Sequence record: KT919973.1
Length of the DNA: 64,000 nt
Direction: 5' to 3' (one strand)
Below are positions 51,807 through 62,980 of this stretch, one piece after another. The position numbers and the translations under genes are program-made. Positions within the stretch are counted from its first letter, which is position 1, and every line of letters begins with the position of its first letter. The notes under the pieces are model-generated. The model ran no database searches, was not told the origin of the DNA, and saw nothing but the letters and a program-made list of their open reading frames with translations.

Positions 51807-53404
51807 TGAAAGTATATGCAATTCACATTAACAATTTAACAACTGGTATGATGTGCGGTTCATCAATCGCACAAGGTAGTTTCAATCTAATCGTCGACCG
51901 TCTTCCAGCCGAAGCAGTGTATGAACGCCACGGTCGTTTTCTGATCAGTAACACAGACGGTGTTTGGCGTCACTTTACAATCGGCGAGCAAGGTGGGTTT
52001 GCGGGGCGCACATTCAAGCTCCGAATGAAAGGTGGTACTGTATTCAAGAACAAAGGTTATCACTATGAAGAATTCAAAGGTAATCTTTGGGATACCGCTG
52101 CGGGTTTACAAAAGTGCATGGAACTTGCAGGTGGGCCGTTGATGAGCGTTTCACTACGACCAGATCATGAAAACGGCTGTTTCATTGGCGGGTATTACTT
52201 TAGTCAAGAGGAAATCTTACTGAAGTTCAGCCACTTGATTCGTTTCGCATCGCCGACACAAAACAAAGCAATTACATTTGGTGAGTAAATGAATAGTCAT
52301 AGAGCAGAAATCATCGCGTTGAAAAGGCGAGTATCCAAGCTTGAAGATCTAGTGAAAACTCTCATGCAACGTGACGTTACACCCCGTAACGTTTCAGAAC
52401 TAGACGAAGATGAAGAGTTTATTTCTCTTCATCCCGTCGATGACATGTTCGATATGTTCCGAATCAAACGCGAGTTGTTGCAAAAGATGACACAGCCATC
52501 AGAGCGTTATCTAAAAATCACATTTGATAACTACCCTGACGTAGCGAGACACAAAGTGTATCAGAATCATCTAATGGTAGATGTTGGTATGTCATACGCG
52601 GAACGTAAGAAACTTGCAAAGACTCGTTACATGATTGCCGATGAAATGTCAATTGGTGATGAGTTTGAATGCCCTGGGTGTGGTGAGAAAGTCATCAAGA
52701 AAACTTACCAACATCGTTTCTGTGGCGTGAAGAAACGCGGTCAGAGCAATTGCAAAGACTTTATCAACAATTGGTTTAACCCGAAGCGTTTAGAACGCAC
52801 GCTAAAATGGTTGGAGTCATGATGAAAATCAGATTTATTGAATTAGAAGACGGTTATGGGCAAAAGACATATCGAATTCAAGCAAGAACTTGGTATTGGC
52901 CATTCTGGTCAACCGTGACTAAACCGAATGGTTACGGTGGAGATGCCCCTGTAGAGAGAAATAGCCCCGAAGAACTTGTTGAATTTCTACAACAGGAAGA
53001 GCGAAAAGAACGCAGAAAAGCGAGAAAGTTTAGAAAAGTAGTCGGTGAATATGATGGTTAAATTTATAAAGAGACTTGTTAGCAAGAAGAAATGGCACGT
53101 CGTAGGTCGTTCTGAAAACATCGATCTATGGACAGTGACAGATCGCAAACCACAAGTGAAGTGTCGCTTGCTATTAAAAGAAGATCAATTTGGTAATCGA
53201 GATTACGAGCTAGACATGCTCGACGATTCGAAATTGAATTATAATTCACATACTCGCTACTTAATGATCGAACAAATCATTCCGCGTGAGTATGTTCAAA
53301 AGTTCTTGAAAGGTTGGTCAGTTGATAAAGTAAACCGCATTTACGGCAAGAATGTATTCACAATCGAAAAGACACCATACGAGTCTTTCAAAGACTGGCG
53401 TTAA
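51806..53404 (+). other. Hypothetical CDSs: 51806-52288, 52289-52822 (CPGC...HRFC Zn finger), 52807-53061, 53045-53404
   Basis: ORF track. Confidence 0.7.
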
Positions 53405-53529
53405 AAAAAGCCCCTTAATCGGGGCTTTTTTTAGGTCTGAAGAAAATTAATCAAAAAAGTTCTTGACGAGTGTTTAGAATTTACTTATTATGTGTCTATC
53501 GAAACGAAACACAGAAAGAGAAAATTATG
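53403..53529 (+). promoter_or_regulatory. Terminator GCCCC-TTAATC-GGGGC + GGTCTGAAGAAAAT + early promoter
   Basis: TTGACG-17-TATTAT; ATCGAAACG at 53498. Confidence 0.9.
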
Positions 53530-55589
53530 ACAAAAATTATTATGACAAGCGATATTCACTTCGGTCACGCTTCTGTATCATCAAATGATTTAGTGACTAA
53601 GCTGTTCAAAGAAGTACTGCGTAGTAACAACGTTGGTTATGGCAAGCTTTACCGCGAGAAACGCACGTCAACGCATCGTAGCAACATTTCTGGTAAGAGC
53701 GTACGATTTGTCGGGATACGTCTTTCTGTCCCTGAGAAGACGATACAGAAGGTTCTACGCGAGTTTAACGACATGCTTCCAAATGACTATGTTGCCGAGT
53801 ACAACAAGCCGTGGTGTCGCTTCGCATCTTCATCATTTCAAATTTTTAAGAAGTAGATTATGATTAAAAAAGACGTTAGTCGCCTTACTGTAGGCGACAT
53901 TACAGACGATACATTCTGGAATAGAACTGAATGTCTTAAAGAAGGCAAGTACTCACTAACTGGCGTTCAGAAAAACGGTGAAAAATTACCCGAATACGAG
54001 CACGACGATCTAGAACATATTGTCGCAGTCGTCGAACAGTCGATTTTAGATCGAAGCAGTGGTTCTTACATGCGCCAGTTCAATCGTCACATTGTGATTG
54101 AGTCATCTGAAAATGTATTGCACGTTCGTCTCGGTTACGGTTCAAAAGATAATCGTTCACCAGGTAATTATCTTCACGAAATTAAAATAGAGGTTAAAAA
54201 TGACTAAAGGTTGGTCTGATTACGAGCTTGAAGGTCGCTCGAAGCCAAAAGACCCTGAGCGTCACAAAATGCAAGACTCAGTTGATGAAATGTGTCGTAT
54301 AATGAAAGACGAACATGAACGTTTTTCAGTTTCAACGCACACGGTCGATTTCGATAACGGTATCGAATTGTGGCGCAGTGATATGAAACGTATCTGGGCA
54401 GGTCGTTCTTCGCAGATTGTATTTACTGAATCGCAAGCACGACAATTACGTGATGCGTTTGTAATCGGCATGAAAACGAAAAAAACACAAGCACAAGAAG
54501 AGATTGAACGTCGATTTTTGCATCGCGAACCTGAAGAAGATTCACTTCGTTCTGAAGAAGATTCACTTCGTTCACAAAAAGAGCGTGATCGCGGTATCGG
54601 TGTAGTAGTTCTCGGTGAAACTAAGAAAAAAGACAAGAAATGGTGGGAGTTTTGGAAATGAAATCACAAGATGAAATGACACGACAAGCTATGCGTGTAA
54701 GAGCCGCAGTCGGCTTATTCGATACTGAAATTCGCTTTCAAGATGCGTTAAACGATGATTTATCTTATCGTGGACAGCGTGTGATGTCTGCGTTGCCAGA
54801 AAACATTCAATTCATGTGGCAGAAACGCGACGAATTGAACGACAAAATCCTAGCTGAGGTCAGTCGTGTTGAAAAACAAATTGACAAGACGCTATGCGAA
54901 ATCAACGATCCGTTACATGCAATCGGGAAATATGTAGCGAAGAAATCAGGCAAGCCGTTTAAAGGCGGCGAAGATATTGTCAAAGTGACTGGTATTACAA
55001 AGCATCCGTACACTGAAGGTTATGCGTTTACTTACAACTACTCTGAAGACAACGGTCAACTTGCACAATCATACATTCACACGGCGATGGTAATCATCAA
55101 CTATTCAAATTTAAACCTATGATTATTTACGAAAACGGTCTACCAGTTAATAAATCAGAACCCAAACAAGAGAGTAAAACAATGTTAGAAAAAGTAAATG
55201 AATTTGTAAAAGCAAAGCCACTTGTATCACTTTTAATCGCAGTTGCACTAGGTGTAGTCGGTACTAAAGTGATTCAGTCAGACCCGTTAGCTGAAAAGCC
55301 GCTACTAAAATACCGCGTTGTATACGAATACAACAAAGACTACGGTCGCGATTGTGGTGAATTAGGTAATGGTTACTACTGGTACACTCAAGAACTCAAC
55401 GAAGGTATTATCTTCGATCACTGGGAGCCAAGTGGTTGGTGTGATGAAACAGAATCAGGTGCACGCGCTTTAGCTGAATCAGCTATCAAAAATCGCATCG
55501 AAACAGAGAACTCAAAGAAACGAGTTTATCAAGCATGGGCAACTAAGGAAGACTCGGTACGATTCGAGCCTCTAAAGGTGATTGAATGA
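53527..55589 (+). other. Hypothetical CDSs: 53527-53856, 53860-54207, 54200-54661, 54658-55122, 55119-55589
   Basis: ORF track. Confidence 0.7.
54531..54573 (+). repeat. Perfect 21-bp in-frame tandem duplication (EEDSLRS x2)
   Basis: CTGAAGAAGATTCACTTCGTT twice. Confidence 0.95.
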
Positions 55590-55915
55590 TCTCATTAACA
55601 ACTTTACTTGCACTGTTCGCAGTGCATTTCATTGCTGATTTCTTCGTACAGACAGAACATCAAGCGTTAAACAAAAGCAAAAACATGTGGCCATTAGCAA
55701 GACACTGTATCACGTATGCAATCTGCTTCTTGCCATTCGGTATCGTGTTTGCAATATTAACTGGTATGTTGCACATGGTCGTTGACTATGCGACTTCGAG
55801 AATGACAAGCTCACTTTGGGCGAAAGGTGAAACTCGTAAGTTCTTCCAAGTCATTGGCTTTGACCAGTTCTTACATGCAGCTAGTTTGGTAACGATGTAC
55901 GTTATTTTAAATTAA
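55586..55915 (+). CDS. DUF3307-like membrane protein
   Basis: HFIADFFVQT...RH...HMVVDY...GFDQFLH. Confidence 0.75.
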   Translation: MISLTTLLALFAVHFIADFFVQTEHQALNKSKNMWPLARHCITYAICFLPFGIVFAILTGMLHMVVDYATSRMTSSLWAKGETRKFFQVIGFDQFLHAASLVTMYVILN

Positions 55916-55920
55916 TTGAA

Positions 55921-56001
55921 AAAAGTGGTTGCGCTATGCAGCCACTTTTATTATTATAGTCACAACAGCTAACGAGTTAAACAAAAAGAGAGAACATTAT
56001 G
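55921..56001 (+). promoter_or_regulatory. Terminator/promoter cassette
   Basis: AAAAGTGGTTGC-GCTAT-GCAGCCACTTTT; TTGCGC-17-TATTAT; GAGAACATTATG. Confidence 0.85.
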
Positions 56002-56685
56002 AAAATCAATCTTCGCAAACTTCTAATGTGGTGGGACGAGAACGAGAAAGCAGCAGACGAGTTCACAAACTTCGTTCTTGAGTATGCAATGAAAGCAGGT
56101 AGCGATAACTTCATTTCAGATTACGCAACATACTTACGTGATTCTGGCAAGTACACTGTCCCAAATCTAGCAGACTTAGAATCTCTTCTTCGCCATGCAG
56201 GTTTGCAAGCTGAATTCGACGGTCGTCACACTCGCATCGTTCTATAAGAGGTCAACATGTTAAAGAAACTTTTCAAAAAAATATTCCCAGACCGTGAATG
56301 GAAAGTAGCAGCTTACACAGAACAGAAATCATTCGATGTGTCTAGTTCATTTACATTTAAAGGAACGATCAAGTGTCGTGCAGTTATTCTAGTAGACAAG
56401 CATGATCGCCGACAAGTTAGAGTCGTATTCGATGAGTACGATTATGGTCGAGATATCTCAGAGTACAACGAGAATTTGATTAGCAAGATTTTAAAGAACA
56501 GCAGCCTTGAATTGATTCGAAGCTCTATTAGTACTCGCAAGCTGAATAGCTATGAAGGGTTTGATTTGTGCGAACATCACGAAGCATTCTATGATTGGGA
56601 AACATTCAAAAACGACTTTATCTATGGTGAAGTTGACTTAGAAGGTAATCTAATCGAGAAGAGCGAAGCGACAGAAACCGATTAG
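55999..56685 (+). other. Hypothetical CDSs: 55999-56247, 56257-56685
   Basis: ORF track. Confidence 0.7.
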
Positions 56686-56761
56686 GCGGAAAAATTCCGT
56701 CTCATCTTAGTAGTATTAGTGGTTTTAGTGATATTAGAAGTATTAGAGGGATTAGAGTGAA
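56685..56761. repeat. Hairpin (loop AAAAATT) + TCATCT + six tandem 9-mers (second copy)
   Basis: GGCGG/CCGTC stem; TAGTAGTAT TAGTGGTTT TAGTGATAT TAGAAGTAT TAGAGGGAT TAGAGTGAA. Confidence 0.9.
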
Positions 56762-57458
56762 AAAATCAATTCTCGTGGCGGTTACAGTCGCAGTACTTGC
56801 AGGTTGTGGTGAAAGACCACAACTCGAAACGAAGAAAGATAAAAAATTCACTACGGTAAATGCAGTTGTGAATAAAAAAGAGCGTGAAATGATCAACTAC
56901 TGGCTGGCAGATGCTGACGCTAGTAACTATTTGTATAACCCATTGTGGACTGCTCTTGCCACTCGTAACAAATACGGTACTAATGCAGTGCGACGTTCAG
57001 ACGATGAAATCCCTTTCTGTGATGTGATTGCATCACTTGTCGAAGCCGAAGACGACATTCGCAGTACATACGAACGCACGATGAGTAACCAGTGGCGAAC
57101 GCAGTATGGTATTAGTTTGAGTGAGCAATGTAATTACGATGCTCCTGAATCTCTAGAAGAGAAAGCACAGCGCGTTGAAAAACTTGAAATGCAAGCTGAG
57201 TTAAATCAGCGTGAACAAAACGCATTGTCTGGTAATATCAACAATATGGATGATGTTCAAGACGCGACAATCGAGCTGTTAGACCCGCATGAGTATGACT
57301 ATCTCATTGAATCTGCACGCGACTGCAATCGAGCTAAAACAAAGTTACTTGAGCTAACACAAGCAGGTAAACCATTAACACAAGCTGACGGGTCTGAAGC
57401 GCGTAAGTTGATAATCGAATGCAAAATGCATAAACTTGAAGTTGAATTGAATAAGTGA
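56757..57458 (+). CDS. Lipoprotein, paralog of 62981-63700
   Basis: Lipobox LAGC; shared PFCDVI, SNQW..YGI.L.EQCN and DCNRAK motifs. Confidence 0.8.
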   Translation: MKKSILVAVTVAVLAGCGERPQLETKKDKKFTTVNAVVNKKEREMINYWLADADASNYLYNPLWTALATRNKYGTNAVRRSDDEIPFCDVIASLVEAEDDIRSTYERTMSNQWRTQYGISLSEQCNYDAPESLEEKAQRVEKLEMQAELNQREQNALSGNINNMDDVQDATIELLDPHEYDYLIESARDCNRAKTKLLELTQAGKPLTQADGSEARKLIIECKMHKLEVELNK

Positions 57459-57465
57459 GAAAAAC

Positions 57466-58236
57466 ATGTTAAGAACGAATATCGCAATTGAAGATCTAAA
57501 GATCAAAATGCACCCATTCGACCGAGTGGCAAATTCAGCGAATGATGAAAGTTCAGTTCGTGAATGGCGTCAATGCCCTGAAGTTATGAACGAAAATATC
57601 TTGAAGAACTCAGTACTACCGTCATGGGTTATTCGTGAATTTCACTGGCGTGATTATGCATTCAATCAACCGTCAATTAGCAATCTACCAGTCGAATATA
57701 AAACTGAAAGTGGTGAAGTTGGTCGATGTCAATCACACTATCTCGGCGAGCTTGATTCGTGTAAGTCATGGCGCCCTGATCTATCTTCGTTAAACGCTCA
57801 GTACATTGACGCAACAGACGTAGATAAAGCATTGTGCGAGTTACAAGCCATTGATGTATTTTCACCGTCTGAGGGGTTTGAAGAAGGTCGAACTGAACCT
57901 ATTAACAACACTCATCATGGCATTACCGATCTTGAGCTTGAAGAAGCACTTGTCGAAGCTGAACTAGAATCAGCCATTGAAACAAGTCAGCAAATTTCTG
58001 ACGTAGAACATGTTTATTACATGGACGAAAAGTATTATATTATAGGTGATGATCCGTTCGATGATGATTACTGTTATGCATTGTCTAATAGTAAGCATCC
58101 GCAGAGAATTGCAAAATCACAGATTGTAACAGCAGAACAGTACAAAGAAGCTGAAGTGTTGTCACATCAATTCCCTAGAATGTTTAAACCACAAGACTAC
58201 GCCAAGCTTGTAAAATACATTCGTGAAAACGGTTAA
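57466..58236 (+). CDS. Hypothetical acidic protein
   Basis: 256-aa ORF. Confidence 0.7.
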   Translation: MLRTNIAIEDLKIKMHPFDRVANSANDESSVREWRQCPEVMNENILKNSVLPSWVIREFHWRDYAFNQPSISNLPVEYKTESGEVGRCQSHYLGELDSCKSWRPDLSSLNAQYIDATDVDKALCELQAIDVFSPSEGFEEGRTEPINNTHHGITDLELEEALVEAELESAIETSQQISDVEHVYYMDEKYYIIGDDPFDDDYCYALSNSKHPQRIAKSQIVTAEQYKEAEVLSHQFPRMFKPQDYAKLVKYIRENG

Positions 58237-58241
58237 TCATG

Positions 58242-58249
58242 TATAAATA
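58242..58249 (+). promoter_or_regulatory. T4-type late promoter
   Basis: Exact TATAAATA, 35 bp before ATG 58277; AAAGGA RBS. Confidence 0.85.
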
Positions 58250-58276
58250 CGATTTTAACATGAAAGGAATAACATA

Positions 58277-58810
58277 ATGGGATTACCATCAACTGGTCCA
58301 ATATCACTTAATGATGTTCGAATCGAGTTGGACAGACCTAGCGGGGCTATCTCGCTAGGTGATGCAGATGTGCGCGACCTAGCAGAGAGACCTAGCGGGT
58401 CGATATCAATGGGAGATCTTAGAGGTAAATCTGCATTCTCGCATACTATAGTTCGAGGGTTGTTATATCGTTTTGGTGAACCTCGTTCTTCTGGTTGGGG
58501 TTATGCGAAAAATAGTCCGAACTTCGAAAACGCAGGTTCGTTGACTCCTACTACTATTGGTGGTAGAAGTGTAACTGACATAGCATATAGCGAAGACCAA
58601 ATATCGACTGAATCGTTCATTGCATTGTCTTCTGATCTGACACAATCAACACTACGAGTTACAACTGAAAGTGGTACTGTGTTTATATTCAGTCATCGCT
58701 CGCCGTCAAAGCGTTTTTACGAGTTGACATCTAACAATGAATCACAATGGAAGAGTTTCTTATCGACTGCGGTAGGGTCTTCGGCTAAAATTAACATCGA
58801 ATATTATTAA
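58277..58810 (+). CDS. Late virion protein with tail-fibre-adhesin-like N-terminal attachment motif
   Basis: MGLPSTGPISLNDVRIEL...ISLGDADVRDLA..PSGSISMGDLRGKS. Confidence 0.55.
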   Translation: MGLPSTGPISLNDVRIELDRPSGAISLGDADVRDLAERPSGSISMGDLRGKSAFSHTIVRGLLYRFGEPRSSGWGYAKNSPNFENAGSLTPTTIGGRSVTDIAYSEDQISTESFIALSSDLTQSTLRVTTESGTVFIFSHRSPSKRFYELTSNNESQWKSFLSTAVGSSAKINIEYY

Positions 58811-58817
58811 AAAAAGC

Positions 58818-58846
58818 TTGCAATGTGAGAAAAAGAATAATATAAT
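58818..58846 (+). promoter_or_regulatory. Early promoter
   Basis: TTGCAA-17-TATAAT. Confidence 0.8.
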
Positions 58847-58873
58847 GTATTCATTCAATAAGAGGAAGACATT

Positions 58874-59377
58874 ATGAAAAAACTTACTGCACTATCACTA
58901 TTGCTTTTATCTAGCGTTGCAAGCGCAAATGCATCTACTAACGAACAGACTACGTTCATTGACGATGTTCAGGTTCGATTAGGTGGATGGTCTTATCACC
59001 TTTCAGGTGACGGATATTGTCCTGATTTAGCAGATAAATGTAAAACGTCTGTTTTTAAAGAGTACAATGAAACAAACAATGCAATTGGTGTTAGATATAA
59101 AAATTGGGAAGTTATGACTTTAGAAAACAGCTTCTATGAGCGTAGTTTTGTTGCAGGTTATCACTTCACATACACACCAAGTAAAGAAATTGACTATGAT
59201 TTATTTCTTGGTCTAGCGACTGGTTATACTGAAGTTTATGATCTCGGTATTCTACCTGCGATTCAGCCATCAGTTACTTATTGGGCTACTGATAACTTAG
59301 GTGCAGAGCTTGGGTTGTTGATGGGTTCTGATATCTGGGTGCCAGTCGTAACTATGTCATTTAAAGCTCGTTTTTAA
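58874..59377 (+). CDS. Outer-membrane beta-barrel, PagP-like
   Basis: Signal peptide; WSYH...YNETNNAIG...ENSF...GLATGY; alternating strands; C-terminal Phe (VTMSFKARF). Confidence 0.65.
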   Translation: MKKLTALSLLLLSSVASANASTNEQTTFIDDVQVRLGGWSYHLSGDGYCPDLADKCKTSVFKEYNETNNAIGVRYKNWEVMTLENSFYERSFVAGYHFTYTPSKEIDYDLFLGLATGYTEVYDLGILPAIQPSVTYWATDNLGAELGLLMGSDIWVPVVTMSFKARF

Positions 59378-59434
59378 TGGCACTTACACTCGAACATTCG
59401 AGAAACTTTAACAGCATAAAATGGGAGCCATACA

Positions 59435-60928
59435 ATGCTTAATCTTAATCAAAATATCGCAATCGCAACAGACAGCTACAAAGTTTCACACTGGTCTCAA
59501 TTCCCTCGTGGTTTAGAGTACAGTCAATATTACGTTGAAAGCCGGGGCGGCAAGTTCGACAAAATTATGATCGATGGTATGGCATACATGTGTCGTATTC
59601 TCGAAAAAGGTGTTGCAATGAACGATGTCAAGCGTGCGAAACGTCTGTTCAAAAAGCACTTCGGTTCTGAAGTCTTCAATGACAAGGGTTGGGAAATCAT
59701 CGTTAACGAACTGAACGGCAAACTGCCTATTAAGATTCGTGCGGTAAAAGAAGGTACTGTAGTACCAGTTAAGCACCCTATCTTGACGATTGAGAACACA
59801 GATCCACGTTTCGGTTGGCTACCTGGTTATCTTGAAACGTTTATCTTACGTGCGATTTGGTACCCGACAACTGTAGCAACGATCTCGTTCGAAGTGAAGA
59901 AAATCATTCGTGAATTCATGAAGAAAACGGTTGATGATGAACGCATTGCAGAACAAGAGCCGTTTAAACTTCACGACTTCGGTTCTCGTGGTGTGTCAAG
60001 TGGCGAATCAGCAGCTATTGGCGGCGCAGCTCACTTGAAAAACTTCTTGGGAACTGACAATGTAGAAGCACTTGTTGCAGTTGAAGAGCTTTACGCTGAA
60101 GATGTTGAAGACTTCATTGCGGGATTCTCTATCCCTGCACGTGAACATTCAACAACTACAATCTACAAAGAATTTGGCGAAGATCAAGCATTCTTGAACT
60201 CTATCGAGCAATGGGGCGCAGCTCTATACGCTTGTGTAATGGACAGCTACGACTACGAAGCAGCAATGAATCGTGTCTCAACTGGTCGTTTCAAAGAGCT
60301 AATCATCAGTAAAGGCGGTACGTTTGTTGCTCGTCCTGACTCTGGTGTACCAGTAGATGTAGTAATGAAAGGTCTTGAGATTCTTGGTAAGAACGTTGGT
60401 TACACAATCAACAGCAAGGGTTACAAAGTTCTACACCCTAGTTACCGTATCATTCAAGGCGACGGCGTGAACATCGAAGAAATTCGTCGAATTCTATCTT
60501 ACATGGAAAGTAAAGGTTGGTCGGCAGAAAACATTGCATTCGGTATGGGTGGTGGTTTGCTTCAGCAACTTGACCGTGATACTCAACGTTTTGCAATGAA
60601 AATGTCAGCGGCGATCATCAACGGCGAATACGTTAGTGTGTTCAAAATGCCGAAGACTGACCCAACAAAAGCATCAAAAGCAGGTTTCTTAGATTTGATT
60701 GCAGTCGATGCAGAAAATCCGAACCCAGCAGCTCGTGGTTACGTGACGTTCTCTACTGAAGATTACGACACTCGCGTACACCCGAAAAGCGTGATGCAGA
60801 CAATCTTCGAAGACGGTGTAACAGTTGCTGACTTCTCACTTGAAGAAGCTCGTAAACTGTCTGACGTGCAAGCTGATTTTATCAACGAAGGTGAATGGAA
60901 AATCGCCAAGAAGATTCGAACAGCGTAA
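59435..60928 (+). CDS. nadV: Nicotinamide phosphoribosyltransferase
   Basis: ATDSYKVSH, LHDFGSRG, SIPAREHS, VARPDSG, IIQGDG, AFGMGGGLLQ, RDTQRFAMK. Confidence 0.97.
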   Translation: MLNLNQNIAIATDSYKVSHWSQFPRGLEYSQYYVESRGGKFDKIMIDGMAYMCRILEKGVAMNDVKRAKRLFKKHFGSEVFNDKGWEIIVNELNGKLPIKIRAVKEGTVVPVKHPILTIENTDPRFGWLPGYLETFILRAIWYPTTVATISFEVKKIIREFMKKTVDDERIAEQEPFKLHDFGSRGVSSGESAAIGGAAHLKNFLGTDNVEALVAVEELYAEDVEDFIAGFSIPAREHSTTTIYKEFGEDQAFLNSIEQWGAALYACVMDSYDYEAAMNRVSTGRFKELIISKGGTFVARPDSGVPVDVVMKGLEILGKNVGYTINSKGYKVLHPSYRIIQGDGVNIEEIRRILSYMESKGWSAENIAFGMGGGLLQQLDRDTQRFAMKMSAAIINGEYVSVFKMPKTDPTKASKAGFLDLIAVDAENPNPAARGYVTFSTEDYDTRVHPKSVMQTIFEDGVTVADFSLEEARKLSDVQADFINEGEWKIAKKIRTA

Positions 60929-60930
60929 AA

Positions 60931-60946
60931 CGTGACATTGATCACT
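60931..60946. promoter_or_regulatory. Near-consensus CRP site
   Basis: CGTGA-CATTGA-TCACT flanked by A-tracts; centre about -62.5 from predicted +1 (61001). Confidence 0.55.
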
Positions 60947-60962
60947 AAAAATCGTAAATTTA

Positions 60963-61038
60963 GGGTTGCTTCGGCAACCCTTTTTTTGTATTATATCTAC
61001 ATCGAAACGGGATACGAAAACAAAGAGAGAACATTATG
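60963..61038 (+). promoter_or_regulatory. Terminator/promoter cassette
   Basis: GGGTTGC-TTCG-GCAACCC-T7; TTGCTT-17-TATTAT; ATCGAAACG at 61001. Confidence 0.9.
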
Positions 61039-62644
61039 CAACTAACTACTAACATGACTAAAGCTCAAAAAACTAAAGTTGTTGAAGGTTTCAACTTCGA
61101 GCGCGAAACAAATCAAGGTCAATATAAGTTTCGTAACGGTTCTTATGCTATGGAAGGTTCAGATGTCGCTCGTCGATTCAATCTAATTTCAACTATCGTG
61201 ACTGGTAAGCCAGCTATTATCGCTGAAGCGACAGTTGCTGATTTCGACCGCATTATTCTTATGCAAACAATGACAGATCAATTCTTAACAATGAGTGCAG
61301 GTGCTGCTTCTCTTGAAGAATCTAACGAATTTGGTAAAAAGGTGCTTGCACACTTCGCTTAATTCAATTAGAATACTTACATCAACTTAAAATCGCTCAA
61401 ATGGAGACAACATAATGGGTTCATTCAACACAACTTGCGCAATCTCACGTACACCTATTCTAGAAGGTCAGAAAGCGCGTGTGTTCTTCTTAGTCATGGA
61501 CACGTTTGATCAGCATTACAACTTACGCTCGAAATCGCTCTACAGCAATGTTCTAATGGGAAGTAAATGTTACCCGTGGGATACGTTTAAAGTCATTGGT
61601 TACCCGCTTCTAGCTAAGTATGCTGACTACAACAATTATGAATTCGAAGACGCTGATATGGAATCGTTGACGCTCAAGGCGATTAACAACATTTATATGC
61701 CGAATCGTGTTCCAGAAGGGAAGTCGCTTGACGACTACAACGAATATCACGATTACATGGAAATTGATGAAATCGAAGATATGAATCAACTTCAAGACAT
61801 GGAACATAGCGGTGCGTTGCGTGTGAAAACGTGTCACGGCGTTAGTCTGATTGCGAAAATGGCAATTCACGAAGAGATTTATCAGCAAATGATTCTCGAT
61901 GGTACGTATACTACGGGTTGGGGTGAAGACGCGAATACATACACGTTTACAGAAGAAGTTGACGAATTTGTAGCGAAATATTCAAAATCTACATCTGATC
62001 TTGAAATGATTTCAGCTCGTGGTAGACTTCAAATCGAACGTGCGCGTATTGAACTTGAAAAAGACGATACGAAAACAGAAGATGAGAAGAAAGAAATCAT
62101 TGATAGTTTAATCGAACTGCAAGTTGACATGGTTAAATTTGATACGCAGTTCGAACGCTCAGAATGGTTGACTGAAACTCACCCGATTGTTGACATGAAA
62201 GAAAACGATTTCGGTCAAAAGATTGCTGAAGCATATATCGGTGGTAAATGGACGTCTCGCTTCTTCTTGGCGAATAACCTTGAATTTATGCCTGCTATGA
62301 CTTCTGGTCAATGTCACGACATGTGCGCGGACGCTGAACGTCTTCGTAAAATGGCAGACATCATCGAAGATCTACAACCAGATTGGTATTTTGAAGAATC
62401 AGTTCAACTCAAAGTCGAGCGTACAACTCGTCTGACTCTACGCCGCGAAGACCTGCACGAGAAGTTCAGCGAATGGTATGACGAAGATGACCAAGAATAT
62501 CAAGATTATCTTGCTGCCGTTGAATACATGAATGAACAAAGCAGCTTCACAGTCGGTGATAAGAACTGTAAAATGGCTCAATTCATCGAAGAATACGATG
62601 TGCTACGTGATGTAGACGACGGTCAAGTAATTAATTTCAACTAA
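61036..62644 (+). other. Hypothetical CDSs: 61036-61362, 61415-62644 (MGSFNTTCAIS conserved-looking start)
   Basis: ORF track and RBSs. Confidence 0.75.
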
Positions 62645-62648
62645 ATAG

Positions 62649-62687
62649 TTGACAACAACGTTGAGTGGCTGTAATATGTCACTCAAC
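62649..62687 (+). promoter_or_regulatory. Early promoter with an inverted repeat bracketing the -10
   Basis: TTGACA-17-TAATAT; GTTGAGTG-N12-CACTCAAC. Confidence 0.85.
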
Positions 62688-62708
62688 AACTAACGAGAGA
62701 ACAATATC

Positions 62709-62969
62709 ATGAAAGATGAAGTAACTCTTCACATTAAAAATCATTGGCTACATCGACGCGCATATGTAGTGCTTCACCAAAAGCCAATGAAATTCAGAAA
62801 GAAAGCATTAGCAGAGTGGGAAGAAAAACGCAGTGAATTCTGGTACGTTGTTCAGCGTCTTAACCCTGAATTTTTTGCTCAGTGTCCCGAAGGTATGCAA
62901 CCGTACTTGACTTGCGTGCCACGAGGAACTAATGGCCCACAATACTTCTACATCAAATTTGACAAATAA
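62709..62969 (+). CDS. Hypothetical protein
   Basis: ORF track and RBS. Confidence 0.7.
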   Translation: MKDEVTLHIKNHWLHRRAYVVLHQKPMKFRKKALAEWEEKRSEFWYVVQRLNPEFFAQCPEGMQPYLTCVPRGTNGPQYFYIKFDK

Positions 62970-62980
62970 GAGAGAACATC

